From Gammaproteobacteria bacterium (GTDB lineage Bacteria > Pseudomonadota > Gammaproteobacteria > Eutrophobiales > Eutrophobiaceae), in NCBI GenBank assembly GCA_965248145.1, contig OZ252091.1, positions 3,218,082-3,282,081 of the forward strand: a stretch of DNA of 64,000 nt. The letters run 5' to 3'. Under the pieces are notes generated by a model, which worked only from the letters and a program-made list of their open reading frames with translations, did no database searches and was not told the DNA's origin. The position numbers were made by a program, and so were the translations under genes. Positions 58,201-64,000 of the stretch are shown in pieces; position 1 is the first letter of the stretch; every line of letters starts with the position of its first letter.

Positions 58201-58281
58201 AGCCTGGACGCCGAGCGCCGGGAAAACCTCGGCGCCCTGCCCGACCACGGCCTGATGCTGCGTGTTTCCATGCCGTGGTAG
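49219..58281 (+). CDS. giant (3020 aa) autotransporter adhesin
   Basis: The roughly 64-aa N-terminal region ends in AFVASIAIPASAQA. The passenger contains cadherin-like repeats, an FN3-like region, and repeated Cys-pair (TTDCTA(T/A)GAICT) and Calx-beta-like (VTVTP...SG.L.FT...W...QTVTV.A..D) modules. The linker carries AMPLAWLSRFGRT. The C-terminal roughly 300-aa beta-barrel ends ...RVSMPW. GC is about 65% against about 50% for the flanks. Confidence 0.8.
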   Translation: MPQLAGASGLRECPPESFYSASPSRGDFPQTSSFRRIAAASRGLLRAAATLAFVASIAIPASAQAAELVSNFDQTGDTSNGVSRAVAQQFTTGTNSGGYTLTNIKFKSEDTDGDSYSVSVCTVLASGFPDETDCTALTAPSGTNAFAAGTHTFAAPDATTLKKETKYTALITIPDTENVTLDATTSNGEDTGGAAGWTIADAYDFKNSFNVWGTAPPPFGSEIRIEINGETPPTVSSVAVTSTPSAASDTYGAGEEIEFTVTFSEAVEVSAGQPHFEFALGNSGSPSVDKDATYQSGSGSTALVFAYTVVAADMDDNGIWVGDQSRTLMLDTGEYIRAVDDQTSATLTHAALSTQSGHKVDGSLMVTNNAPVFPAEASTRELTENVAANVNVGAPVRATDGEGDTLTYSFGGTDVGKFNFNAATQQITTKSGQTYDYETDASYTVTVTATDGTTPTTVTVTINVIDLPAISIAPEPGKARLLITAGVVSVDLSGSPRPSGNLTINFSAQQDHDWFSSSSLTGSTHYDRPDDEYGQPSFTFLADAPVESGDFTVTLQPGDGYEIGTAAATVEIVAADPVITVRAAEAAYSFGEGDGTVTVTLTAETIADAPKPRNSIFVNWSTTAGTATGGGTDFENGNGEVLFGSGNFTQQGTRWVATKDIEVILVDDAVKEETEQFQVTLTRHSSLHPLVKLANVDRSLCAPGVNCGTTVNILDNEPGVTISKTALDILEGGTGSYTVVLDSEPTATVTVTPSRTSGDTDITVSGALTFTTTTWSVAQTVTVSAAEDDSDSDVDRAVIGHAVSGGNYASVTAASVAVTAADNDAPDESATGKPTISGTAQVGQTLIAAKGSIDDPNGLTKADNDETGFAYTYQWIRVDSDGTSNPMNVGTDSDAYPLVAADEDKQIRVRVSFVDDNGYAEARTSDPYPSSDTVLPSSAVSLLLSPASIRENGGTTRIRARLNVESSAETTVTVSVEPVPPAVAGDYELSANTVLTIPVGRTSSTGLVTLTAVNNDVDADDKTVIIRGVAENSAGVGAPAEQTLTIEDDDQGVRLSPTSLMIDEGRSKGYTVVLGSRPTGSVTVTPQVTGGMVTVSGPLVFTRDNWDEPQTVTVTAGQDEDEEDETVQVTHLVSGADYGGFTAGSVRVMVSDDDGGTGVLEVGVYDGSAGAGVKDPPPRVHFGQRFRLDLVWSHLRTKHWAKPQGAIGPTRAIRVVGGTVRPVQGRFSVSSHGWDQSRLTLEVTPVPSADSDDVTLVLEPLDCSSNDPKALCSLDRGRWTGLAKRVRFTVRGITGAPVMAAAELDLTVTPQERRGKDSFLVSFDADEEGTRFRLQMQEAGGDWSRKSEWTGAMRSENQHRVTVDGVSHDDAYQFRVRWENRFGNGPWAQASTAGAAPAAPTGLRLTPMYQDKSLALAWTPVTQAGVRIERFQYRIDRTRSEELVILSDTGPMQYRGNWVDIPNSGRGNANYRSWTIGGLANMWAARIRVRAVNESGRAGTPSAEAVAPLDVPRVADISMASDPGADGYYTYGNKIGINVRLSRPVRIPGNDQRPSLDVEIGGGVYSMGLVSIRQSVAHELIGQAPWSGDVLLFEHSLGTGDVDHNGIRVPASALKGNGGRLLDLTPAGEGQLADLAVSTAKTFPAHRVNTVPPRIVRMTWQQNLDANGVVRGAEVRIHYDRDLDPNSRLSLDWNQYRVEYSESRALGRDVTGLSIGDATDDGVDNPRTVRLVLKRVVHGSGATPHNSPQLNETVWVTYTGVGVSGNSGRRFGPFDTLGNPVAGFTRRVAEHVTATQAALAAEFRNVPAGHNSPFTFEVHFSEEVTLTEEMLLNSVFTVTNGTVSAARRLNPPSNIAWEITVDSSSDEAVTVVLPKTTDCTAAGAICTWDNRPLSAEISATVAGPPTVVTSVAATNALTAELRDLPESHDGSAFTFELRFSEAFPISYLTLRDRAFTVTNGHVTGARRLDNPHHESAGMEPNREWEITVEPGTGAEEVSIILPETTDCTATGAICTADDRALSVGVAVFIGADSEDEEAVVVDEPTVEPTPNATGAPVITGTTQVGKTLTAAKGSIADTDGLTRADASATGYTYSYQWMRVDGTSKTGITGATSSAYTLAAADEGKKIKVKASFRDDAGTDEARTSAATGTVAAAPPPPPPPLTAAFSDVPSTHDGSTAFVMHFRLSEEPHDLSYVTVRDSVFDVTGGRIERAKRLTQGSNQGWALRVAPSGDGDVTVRVKNTTACTSGPKLCSEDGRMLAGGLQVSIEGPPPPALSVADATVQEAAGATLAFAVTLDRTPNTAVTVDYATADGTGTRPANAGTDYTATSGTLTFASGESSKTVSVAVLDDSHDEGEETMSLTLSNPSGASIADATATGTITNTDAMPLAWLSRFGRTVGTHVMTMVDERMLAASQQASHLTLNGRQLQWGTPGQADHGLSDRARALLGNWTRDRQSLETLLSGNVGGSPREVLSRSSFYWSNVPVPGSDTGQGVASGDTVSDWMPGQARHDEGGAAGPEPLWPDMGQSQDGESSTPSFPRKRESSEQTVAAGDTLFDWTPGQARHDEGGAAGPEPLWPDMGQAQDGESSTPSFPRTRESSGQTVASGDTVSDWMPGQARHDEGGAAEPEPVWPGAAEADTGPRWSVWGRGMMTGFNGQDGDVSLNGDVLTGLLAADYSHGRLLAGVSLSYSDGHGSYSQPGDPQGKVKSTLTGVHPYLRYEVNQSLSVWGVLGYGQGAVTLTPGSAGDAGDGLKSVPGEVIETDMSMGMGAFGARGTLLSGNGLNLALKSDVLLVRTDAQDTDGLASLDAVDTSRLRLALEGSRMLQWANGRSLLPALELGLRYDDGDAETGFGAELGGRVQYQDMTLGLTVATHARVLLAHEDSGYEEWGLGGSLSLDPGAAGLGASLDLRSSWGAVASGIDGLWSQQTTAGLARGGMESNRAMQFETRLGYGLEVPGGRNLLTPYGGLTLAGPNSRVYRLGGVFRRGELLELSLDAERRENLGALPDHGLMLRVSMPW
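56698..57115 (+). repeat. about 2.5 in-frame tandem copies of a 165-nt unit containing the GTCATTCC...GGAATGAC MITE, inside the autotransporter linker
   Basis: The unit starts at 56698, 56863 and 57028, a period of exactly 165 nt (55 codons). Each unit contains gtcgcc(tcc/gca)ggcgacac ... ctgga.tccgggtcaagcccggcatgacg ... gtcattcccgcgaa(a/c)gcgggaatccagtg. Each unit is about 85% identical to the intergenic element at 10733-10826. Confidence 0.85.
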
Positions 58282-58284
58282 CGC

Positions 58285-58317
58285 ACGCGTTGCCACGGAC
58301 GGCACGGGGGCTTTTTT
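58285..58317 (+). terminator. putative rho-independent terminator after the autotransporter gene
   Basis: A GC-rich imperfect stem (ccgtgg...ccacgg / cacggggg) followed by cttttttc immediately after the stop codon at 58281. Confidence 0.4.
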
Positions 58318-58376
58318 CGCTATTCCTGTGAAAGACGTCACAAGGGTTGCGACTGTCAAGTACGGTACGGTGGGTA

Positions 58377-58715
58377 CTAACGAGGATCAATCGGCGTAAT
58401 CGCTCCGAGTGCCGTCTCGACGGCCGCTCCCGCCCGCAGGCAGCGGGCTTCCGCAAAAGGTGGGCCGATGATCTGCACCGCCTGTGGCAGCCCTTCAGCT
58501 ACACCGGTAGGTACCACGGATACGGGCAGTCCCAACAGATTGATTGCGACCACCATTCGCATGTCGATACGATTGATACAAGCCTCAATGGCATCACTGG
58601 CACTGGCATCGCCATTGCGAATGACGGCGGCAAGGTCCAGGGCACTCAGTTCCCACAGGTCTGCCATAGGTGATTCCCCGTTCATTTTCAAGTTAGGGAT
58701 GCGAGTAGCATCCAA
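58377..58715 (-). pseudogene. C-terminal fragment of an amidase-signature family enzyme (remnant)
   Basis: 112 aa ending as amidase C-termini do (VAINLLGLPVSVVPTGVAEGLPQAVQIIGPPFAEARCLRAGAAVE). The roughly 350 aa that should lie upstream are absent. GC is higher than in the neighbouring AT-rich DNA. Confidence 0.5.
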
Positions 58716-58931
58716 CGTTCAAAAACAACAATATCAGCACTACATGTTCGATATCCCGACGTTACACCGGATACTCAGTGAGAACAACCGCCTTTCTTAT
58801 ATCGGCGGAGAGTGCAATAACAGCCTGGGCAATAGAGGAGTTTAAATCTTTGGAGTATATTGCAATACATCCTGCTTTATTACACTCCCTGATTAACGTA
58901 CCATATCCGCACTTTCCAATCTTTTACTATC

Positions 58932-59771
58932 TTGATGCCGCCTTTAAAACGTATGCTGAGTTCCTTTGCTCTTATCGTTTTAACCCTGTTTCTTGGCTTT
59001 ATGTTCCTGCTCTTTGTATTTCAGGAAAAATTGATCTTTTTTCCAAGAAAGGGGATCGGCGACACGCCTGGAAGTATCGGTTTACATTATGAGGATGTTT
59101 ATCTGGTCACGGTTGATAAAATTAAAATCCACGGTTGGTATGTCCACCATCCTGATGCGAAAGGAACCCTGTTGTTTTTTCACGGTAATGCCGGAAATAT
59201 TTCCCATCGTATTGAATCAATTTCCATATTTCATGACATCGGTTTATCGGTTTTCATTATCGATTACCGCGGATACGGTAAAAGTGATGGGCGGCCTTCT
59301 GAGCATGGGACATACCAGGATGCAATGGCCGCCTGGGATTATTTGGTTGATGAACGCAATTTACACCCGGATGAGATCATCGTATTCGGTCGTTCCCTGG
59401 GCGGTGCGGTAGCCGCTTCATTGGCCGCAAAGGTCACGCCCGCAGCGGTTATATTAGAATCCACATTTACGTCCATTAAAGAGTTGGGGAAATACTATTA
59501 TCCCTATTTGCCTGTTTCCTGGATTTCACGGGTACTTTATCCCACAGATAAATATATTACCTCGTTCAACTGCCCGGTCTTAATTATCCATAGCCATCAA
59601 GATGAGCTGGTCCCGGTCAGATTCGGCCAACGCCTGTTTAAATACGCGCCGGAACCGAAAATGTATCTCTCTATTTCCGGAGATCACAATAACGGGTTTT
59701 TACTAAGCAAAGATGTCTATGTCAACGGCATCAAACGTTTCCTTCAAACCTACGTGGATGCGCAATTCTGA
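58932..59771 (+). CDS. alpha/beta hydrolase (BEM46 / serine aminopeptidase S33-like) with N-terminal TM anchor
   Basis: HGNAGN oxyanion motif, GRSLGG nucleophile elbow, and an N-terminal hydrophobic segment. Confidence 0.75.
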   Translation: MMPPLKRMLSSFALIVLTLFLGFMFLLFVFQEKLIFFPRKGIGDTPGSIGLHYEDVYLVTVDKIKIHGWYVHHPDAKGTLLFFHGNAGNISHRIESISIFHDIGLSVFIIDYRGYGKSDGRPSEHGTYQDAMAAWDYLVDERNLHPDEIIVFGRSLGGAVAASLAAKVTPAAVILESTFTSIKELGKYYYPYLPVSWISRVLYPTDKYITSFNCPVLIIHSHQDELVPVRFGQRLFKYAPEPKMYLSISGDHNNGFLLSKDVYVNGIKRFLQTYVDAQF

Positions 59772-59871
59772 GGTTGGCACTCGCTCATATCGACCATGGC
59801 AAGAACATACTTGATTGTCCGATACGGGCATTTGCCAGCCGTTACAAATTTCAGGAACGACTGTAGAAAAA

Positions 59872-60282
59872 CTAACAGCTTTCCAACCAATCTTTTATTT
59901 TGAGGCCGCCAACACGCATAAATTCTCTCACGTTATGCGTAACAAGGGTTGTCCTCAGAGTCTTGGCATGGGCCGCTATCAGTAAATCATACGGACCAAT
60001 CGGATTACCGGTCTTCTTAAGTTCGGCGCGCAGGTTTCCGGCAGCGTATGCACATTCCTTAGTCCACTCCACTACCTGAATATATTCAAGAAAACTATTC
60101 AACGTGTGCGTATTTTGTTTCCGTTTTTTTGATTTACTCACACCGTATTGCAGTTCATACAAACTAATCGCCGAGATTCCCACCTCATCCACACCATTCT
60201 TTATCAATTGTTGACGAACCTGAACAGGGTAATTGTTCATGATCGCGATGGAAGTATCCGTATCCAGCAAGAACTTGAGCAT
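59872..60282 (-). CDS. vapC: VapC PIN-domain ribonuclease toxin
   Basis: 136 aa. The N-terminus LLDTDTSIAIM carries the PIN acidic residues. It lies downstream of vapB. Confidence 0.8.
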   Translation of the reverse strand: MLKFLLDTDTSIAIMNNYPVQVRQQLIKNGVDEVGISAISLYELQYGVSKSKKRKQNTHTLNSFLEYIQVVEWTKECAYAAGNLRAELKKTGNPIGPYDLLIAAHAKTLRTTLVTHNVREFMRVGGLKIKDWLESC

Positions 60283-60284
60283 GT

Positions 60285-60527
60285 TTAATCCTTTATCGAT
60301 GCACGGGGAATATCACCTGGTAGTTGTACGCCTTCAATGGAAAAATCTTCTGATAATGGGGGGGTATCGTCCATAAAGCCTTTCCATGACGCCGGTGTCG
60401 GTGAGATGATAATATTTTTCCCTTCTTTTCTGATGAGTACGACATCACTATCCATCCGAAAATTACGGGGTAATCTCACGGCCTGGCTGTTACCGCTTTT
60501 AAATACTTTTGTCGTTTGCTGATGCAT
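60285..60527 (-). CDS. vapB: VapB antitoxin (SpoVT/AbrB-like swapped-hairpin domain)
   Basis: 80 aa (KVFKSGNSQAVRLPRNFRMDSDVVLIRKEG). Confidence 0.75.
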   Translation of the reverse strand: MHQQTTKVFKSGNSQAVRLPRNFRMDSDVVLIRKEGKNIIISPTPASWKGFMDDTPPLSEDFSIEGVQLPGDIPRASIKD

Positions 60528-60665
60528 GGAACCTCTTATTGAATATTCTTCTATATATACTAAAGTATATACATTCCAGCTTAAATTTCAAGTTTTTTAT
60601 AGTAGTCTGAGTAGTGTCATGACGACCACCTGTTTACTTTCAGGTTCAAGCCGGCTGCCCTGAAT

Positions 60666-61520
60666 CTACTCCCCCATCAACTTCTCTGTAAACACCATTT
60701 GTTCGGACTTTATCAACTCTTTATCCACATCGTCAGCAAAACGACTGATATAGTCACCTCCCTGTGGATATTCCTTCCATTTATTTCTCGTAGAAAACGC
60801 AAAAATGTCGGTGCTCCGTATATCCAGTTTTACCTTCCCGTCCGATAAGTCACCCAAATGCCCCGCAATGCTTGATAACGCTTTTTTCTTGGGTTTGCCC
60901 ACCCGGTCGAATTCCAATACGCGAAAAATATCGTTGGCCTGCTCATAAGTGTAACCAACGGATTCAACCTGATTTAAGTATCCCATCATCATGCCAAACA
61001 GCAGCCGCGCAGATATGGGGTTCAGGTAGTCTTTACTACCGACATCAAATACAGTGTGCATGACCGCAGGCGCCATACCTTGATCAACGGGCACATGGCA
61101 CAACAACAGAACACTATCCTGAAAATAGATATACCCGATCATTGATGCCAGTGAAATGATGTCTTCACTGGTAGAATTTGCTGTTATATTCAGGTGGGCA
61201 TTGATGGAAGTGCCGGAGACTCCCTGATAGCCACCCTGAGTAATGAGTATGTCCCGAATCTTTATTTTGTTAACGAGGCCGGGGCTGATGGCCAGGATTG
61301 ATTCAAGACGTTGACTCTGGTTCCGTGACAGTACTTTCCGTTGTTCCCGGTTCAACCTGGAAACTCCTTCAAACACTTTTTCCCCTAATATGCCGGCTGC
61401 ATCTTTATTTGGATATACTTCATAGAACAGTTCGCAATCAGGGCTTGATAATTTCTCTGCGGCGGCAAAAACAGATATTGGAACAAGAAAAAGTAAGATT
61501 ATTCTTGCCAGGCTCGGCAT
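60666..61520 (-). CDS. hypothetical secreted protein (284 aa, signal peptide)
   Basis: Signal MPSLARIILLFLVPISVFAAA. No recognisable domain. Confidence 0.4.
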   Translation of the reverse strand: MPSLARIILLFLVPISVFAAAEKLSSPDCELFYEVYPNKDAAGILGEKVFEGVSRLNREQRKVLSRNQSQRLESILAISPGLVNKIKIRDILITQGGYQGVSGTSINAHLNITANSTSEDIISLASMIGYIYFQDSVLLLCHVPVDQGMAPAVMHTVFDVGSKDYLNPISARLLFGMMMGYLNQVESVGYTYEQANDIFRVLEFDRVGKPKKKALSSIAGHLGDLSDGKVKLDIRSTDIFAFSTRNKWKEYPQGGDYISRFADDVDKELIKSEQMVFTEKLMGE

Positions 61521-61625
61521 TATTTATCCCCGATCATGAAATAGAAAAGAACCGACGTTCAAAAAACAACTGCGCTATTAATCTCACGGTTCAATAGCGT
61601 CGTCACAAAACATCTGATTTTTCTT

Positions 61626-64000
61626 TCAGTAACTGAAATTCGTCCTCAGGTAGATGAACCGGCCATTGACGCCTATCGGCGAGAGAACATCGTATGGCAA
61701 ATTGCCAAAATAGCTGATATCGAATATCGATTCATCCGGGTATTGATCAAGCAGGTTGTTACCCCCTACAGAAACACGCCAGTTATCGGTAATAGAATAT
61801 CCGGCATCGGCATCAATAGACCATTCAGCGCCATACACCTGCTGTGGCTCAAAACCGCCGCCGAAATCAAATATCCGTTCGGTTTTTCCGAACCGCGTTG
61901 CTCTCACGAAGGCGGAAATGGTGTCATTAGACCATGCTCCGGTGAGAATCAGCTTATCTTTGGGCGCGGCTGTTTCGTAGGTGTTCTGCTCTTCGATACC
62001 GAGAATCGTTCGATCCGGATTATTGACTATGTCAGTCTCGGTGTCATTGTATGCAGCGGAGAAACTCCAGCCCTCGTGTTTGTAGGATGCAACCACATCA
62101 AAGCCTGTTGTTTCAGTATCTGCCACATTGGTAAAAAACCGGACTGCGCCAACACCGGCCACACCTGACACAGGTATATTTTGAGAGAGCGCAATACGAT
62201 CATCGATATCTACTTCGTAGTAATCAAAGGTCAGACTCAAACCGCTATCATGAAACCAGACAAAACCGATGCTTTTACTCAATGATTCTTCAGCATCCAG
62301 CTCCACTGCTCCATTCGCCTGAGCGACAGGATCAGTCACGGGCAGGCTCAAGGTTCTTACCAGGGCGCCACCGGTGCCGAAACTGGTTGACGTGCCGGCA
62401 AAAAACGCCTGCGCGAGAGAAGGCGCCCTGAACCCGGTGCTGACACTGGCGCGAACGGCAAGGCCGGGAACCAGTTCATAACGGGCTGCAGCTTTACCGT
62501 TAACCGTATCTCCGAAGTCATCATAATCTTCAAACCTGCCTGCCAAAGAGAGCAGAAGATCTTCAGTAATATCAAACTCCAGATCGATATAAGCCGAATA
62601 GGCAAAACGATCCTCATCGACTTCATTGGAAGGCTGCAATCCTGCTCCTGCCTGCGCTCCGATCCTGGCCGTGTCACTATTACCGAAGGTGATGCAGACG
62701 GCACAGGCTACGGCAGTACCGGCGATATACGAATCCGGTTCACCTTGCTTTGTACTGTAATCCTCAAATCGAAACTCCAGGCCTGCGGCGACATTTACCG
62801 GGACTGTGCCGAACTCCATCCCTCTGGAAACATCAAAGTTCAGCACGGTTTGCGAATATTCATACTCGCCCGTATTAAATCTGGTCGGACTCTCCGTGCC
62901 CAGCGAAGAGTTAATAGTGTTCTTTATACCGTTGGAAAACTCATTGGAGCCATGCACTACGCTCGCATCAATCAGCCAGCCGCCAGACAATTCGCCGGCG
63001 ATACCGGCGCCAATAGAGAAGTCGGTAATATCCACGTCACCAATCGGTACAAACCCCCTGGGATAGACTGAAGCAACCGAATTTGCGCTGACCGGATAGC
63101 GAAAGAAATTGTACCCTTCCCCATCACGATCCGAATAACTGCCAAAACTGTATAATTCGAAGCCTGAACTCAAATCATAGCCCGCGTTATACATCAGGTT
63201 GATATCACGTGATTCACCATCGCCCTGAAGATAGTTTCGCTCACCCGCCAAAGCATCATTCGGGGCGGCCTCCGGTGTCCCGCTGGAAGGGACCGGCACA
63301 ATGAATTCAGCAAAACCTATCGTAGGAAGCTGGTCGAAACCTGACCGGTTAGTCGACGATCTGTCGCGGTACTCCACACTGAGGTTAATGAAACCGTTTT
63401 CGAAAGAAAATCCCTGGTTCGCATTGACAGTGACTGTTTCCCCGTCTGTGATATCCTTATCAACCGGTTCCAGTTCAGTGACATGGCCGCCATACGAAAC
63501 CGAGATATTCCCACCTTCAGCATTATCTTTCAGTACGATGTTAATGACTCCGGCAATGGCATCCGAACCGTACTGGGCTGCTGCGCCATCCCGTAATACT
63601 TCAACGCGTTCAATCGCACTGATGGGGATATTATTAAAATCCACTGCCGCACTGCCTTTGCCCACCTTCGATTCGGTACTGATTACCGAATTAACATGGC
63701 GCCGCTTTCCATTAACCAGAACCAGCACCTGATCAGGGCTTAAACCCCTTAATTGCGCTGATCTGACAATATCCGTATGGTCGGAATTGGATTGGCGCGG
63801 CATGCTGAAAGAAGGAACGGTAGACTGTAACAAGCCACCCAGCTCTCCCCCGATATTGGGCGATATGGCCAGGTCATCAGCCGTAATGATATCCACCGGG
63901 ACAGAGCTGTCTTCAATACTGCGGTCCTGAGAGCGAGTACCAATCGTAACGATTTCTTCAAGCTCGTTATCTGCAACAGGCTGAGATTCCTGCGCAACCA
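61626..64000 (-). CDS. TonB-dependent outer membrane receptor (5' end beyond the window)
   Basis: The plug domain is present (VLVLVNGKRRH...IERVEVLRDGAAAQYGSDAIAGVINIVLK). The barrel ends ...YLRTNFSY. The frame is open through 64000, reading ...ELEEIVTIGTRSQDRSIEDSSVP upstream of the GTG at 63896. Confidence 0.8.
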   Translation of the reverse strand, partial: VAQESQPVADNELEEIVTIGTRSQDRSIEDSSVPVDIITADDLAISPNIGGELGGLLQSTVPSFSMPRQSNSDHTDIVRSAQLRGLSPDQVLVLVNGKRRHVNSVISTESKVGKGSAAVDFNNIPISAIERVEVLRDGAAAQYGSDAIAGVINIVLKDNAEGGNISVSYGGHVTELEPVDKDITDGETVTVNANQGFSFENGFINLSVEYRDRSSTNRSGFDQLPTIGFAEFIVPVPSSGTPEAAPNDALAGERNYLQGDGESRDINLMYNAGYDLSSGFELYSFGSYSDRDGEGYNFFRYPVSANSVASVYPRGFVPIGDVDITDFSIGAGIAGELSGGWLIDASVVHGSNEFSNGIKNTINSSLGTESPTRFNTGEYEYSQTVLNFDVSRGMEFGTVPVNVAAGLEFRFEDYSTKQGEPDSYIAGTAVACAVCITFGNSDTARIGAQAGAGLQPSNEVDEDRFAYSAYIDLEFDITEDLLLSLAGRFEDYDDFGDTVNGKAAARYELVPGLAVRASVSTGFRAPSLAQAFFAGTSTSFGTGGALVRTLSLPVTDPVAQANGAVELDAEESLSKSIGFVWFHDSGLSLTFDYYEVDIDDRIALSQNIPVSGVAGVGAVRFFTNVADTETTGFDVVASYKHEGWSFSAAYNDTETDIVNNPDRTILGIEEQNTYETAAPKDKLILTGAWSNDTISAFVRATRFGKTERIFDFGGGFEPQQVYGAEWSIDADAGYSITDNWRVSVGGNNLLDQYPDESIFDISYFGNLPYDVLSPIGVNGRFIYLRTNFSY

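Noticed and set aside
1-64000. tRNA, rRNA or tmRNA genes
   Set aside because: Scanning by eye found no cloverleaf-compatible GTTCGAATC/T-loop motifs and no rRNA-like conserved blocks. The hairpins at 22590-22740 lack tRNA features.

Overview
This 64-kb window looks like a roughly 50% GC gammaproteobacterial chromosome segment; the source organism is not identified. It mixes conserved housekeeping and catabolic operons with accessory material. The main contents are listed below.

1. Coordinates 1-10.7 kb hold a truncated LuxR-type HTH fragment, an alpha/beta hydrolase, a TonB-dependent receptor, an AraC regulator, 4-hydroxyphenylpyruvate dioxygenase, a MarR regulator, an opine-dehydrogenase-like oxidoreductase, a 3-hydroxyacyl-CoA dehydrogenase and a Tat-signal BBE-type FAD oxidase.
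2. A complete ccmABCDEFG cytochrome c maturation operon lies on the minus strand at 10.9-16.4 kb. Four different small repeat families interrupt its intergenic junctions.
3. Coordinates 16.8-22.6 kb hold a second TonB receptor, a TlpA-like redoxin, a gamma-carbonic-anhydrase-like protein and a UbiD-family decarboxylase.
4. A toxin-antitoxin (TA) accessory island of about 6 kb spans 22.6-28.5 kb. It carries Phd/Doc, a 486-aa SEC-C-motif protein, a decayed vapBC flanked by 180-bp direct repeats, and hipBA. A diverged duplicate of the 5' end of a VOC-family gene bounds it.
5. An aromatic-CoA module follows: an NSS transporter, a PaaK-like CoA ligase, a three-subunit 4-hydroxybenzoyl-CoA-reductase-like molybdenum hydroxylase, and a divergent MarR.
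6. An AbiEii-like pair, an amidase, a tungsten-type aldehyde:ferredoxin oxidoreductase, boxC and boxB (aerobic benzoyl-CoA pathway, boxA not present), HigBA-like and HicBA TA pairs, and an FAD monooxygenase come next.
7. A frameshifted Rpn (YhgA-like) nuclease pseudogene is flanked by 53-bp perfect direct repeats. It sits directly upstream of a roughly 9-kb, 65% GC island encoding a 3020-aa autotransporter adhesin.
8. The autotransporter gene is preceded by an (AGCCGAC)n heptanucleotide tract lying between an extended -10 box and the ATG. Its linker region carries about 2.5 in-frame tandem 165-nt units built around the same nested-palindrome miniature inverted-repeat (MITE) element found intergenically elsewhere in the window.
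9. The window ends with an amidase remnant, an alpha/beta hydrolase, vapBC, a secreted hypothetical protein and a partial TonB-dependent receptor.
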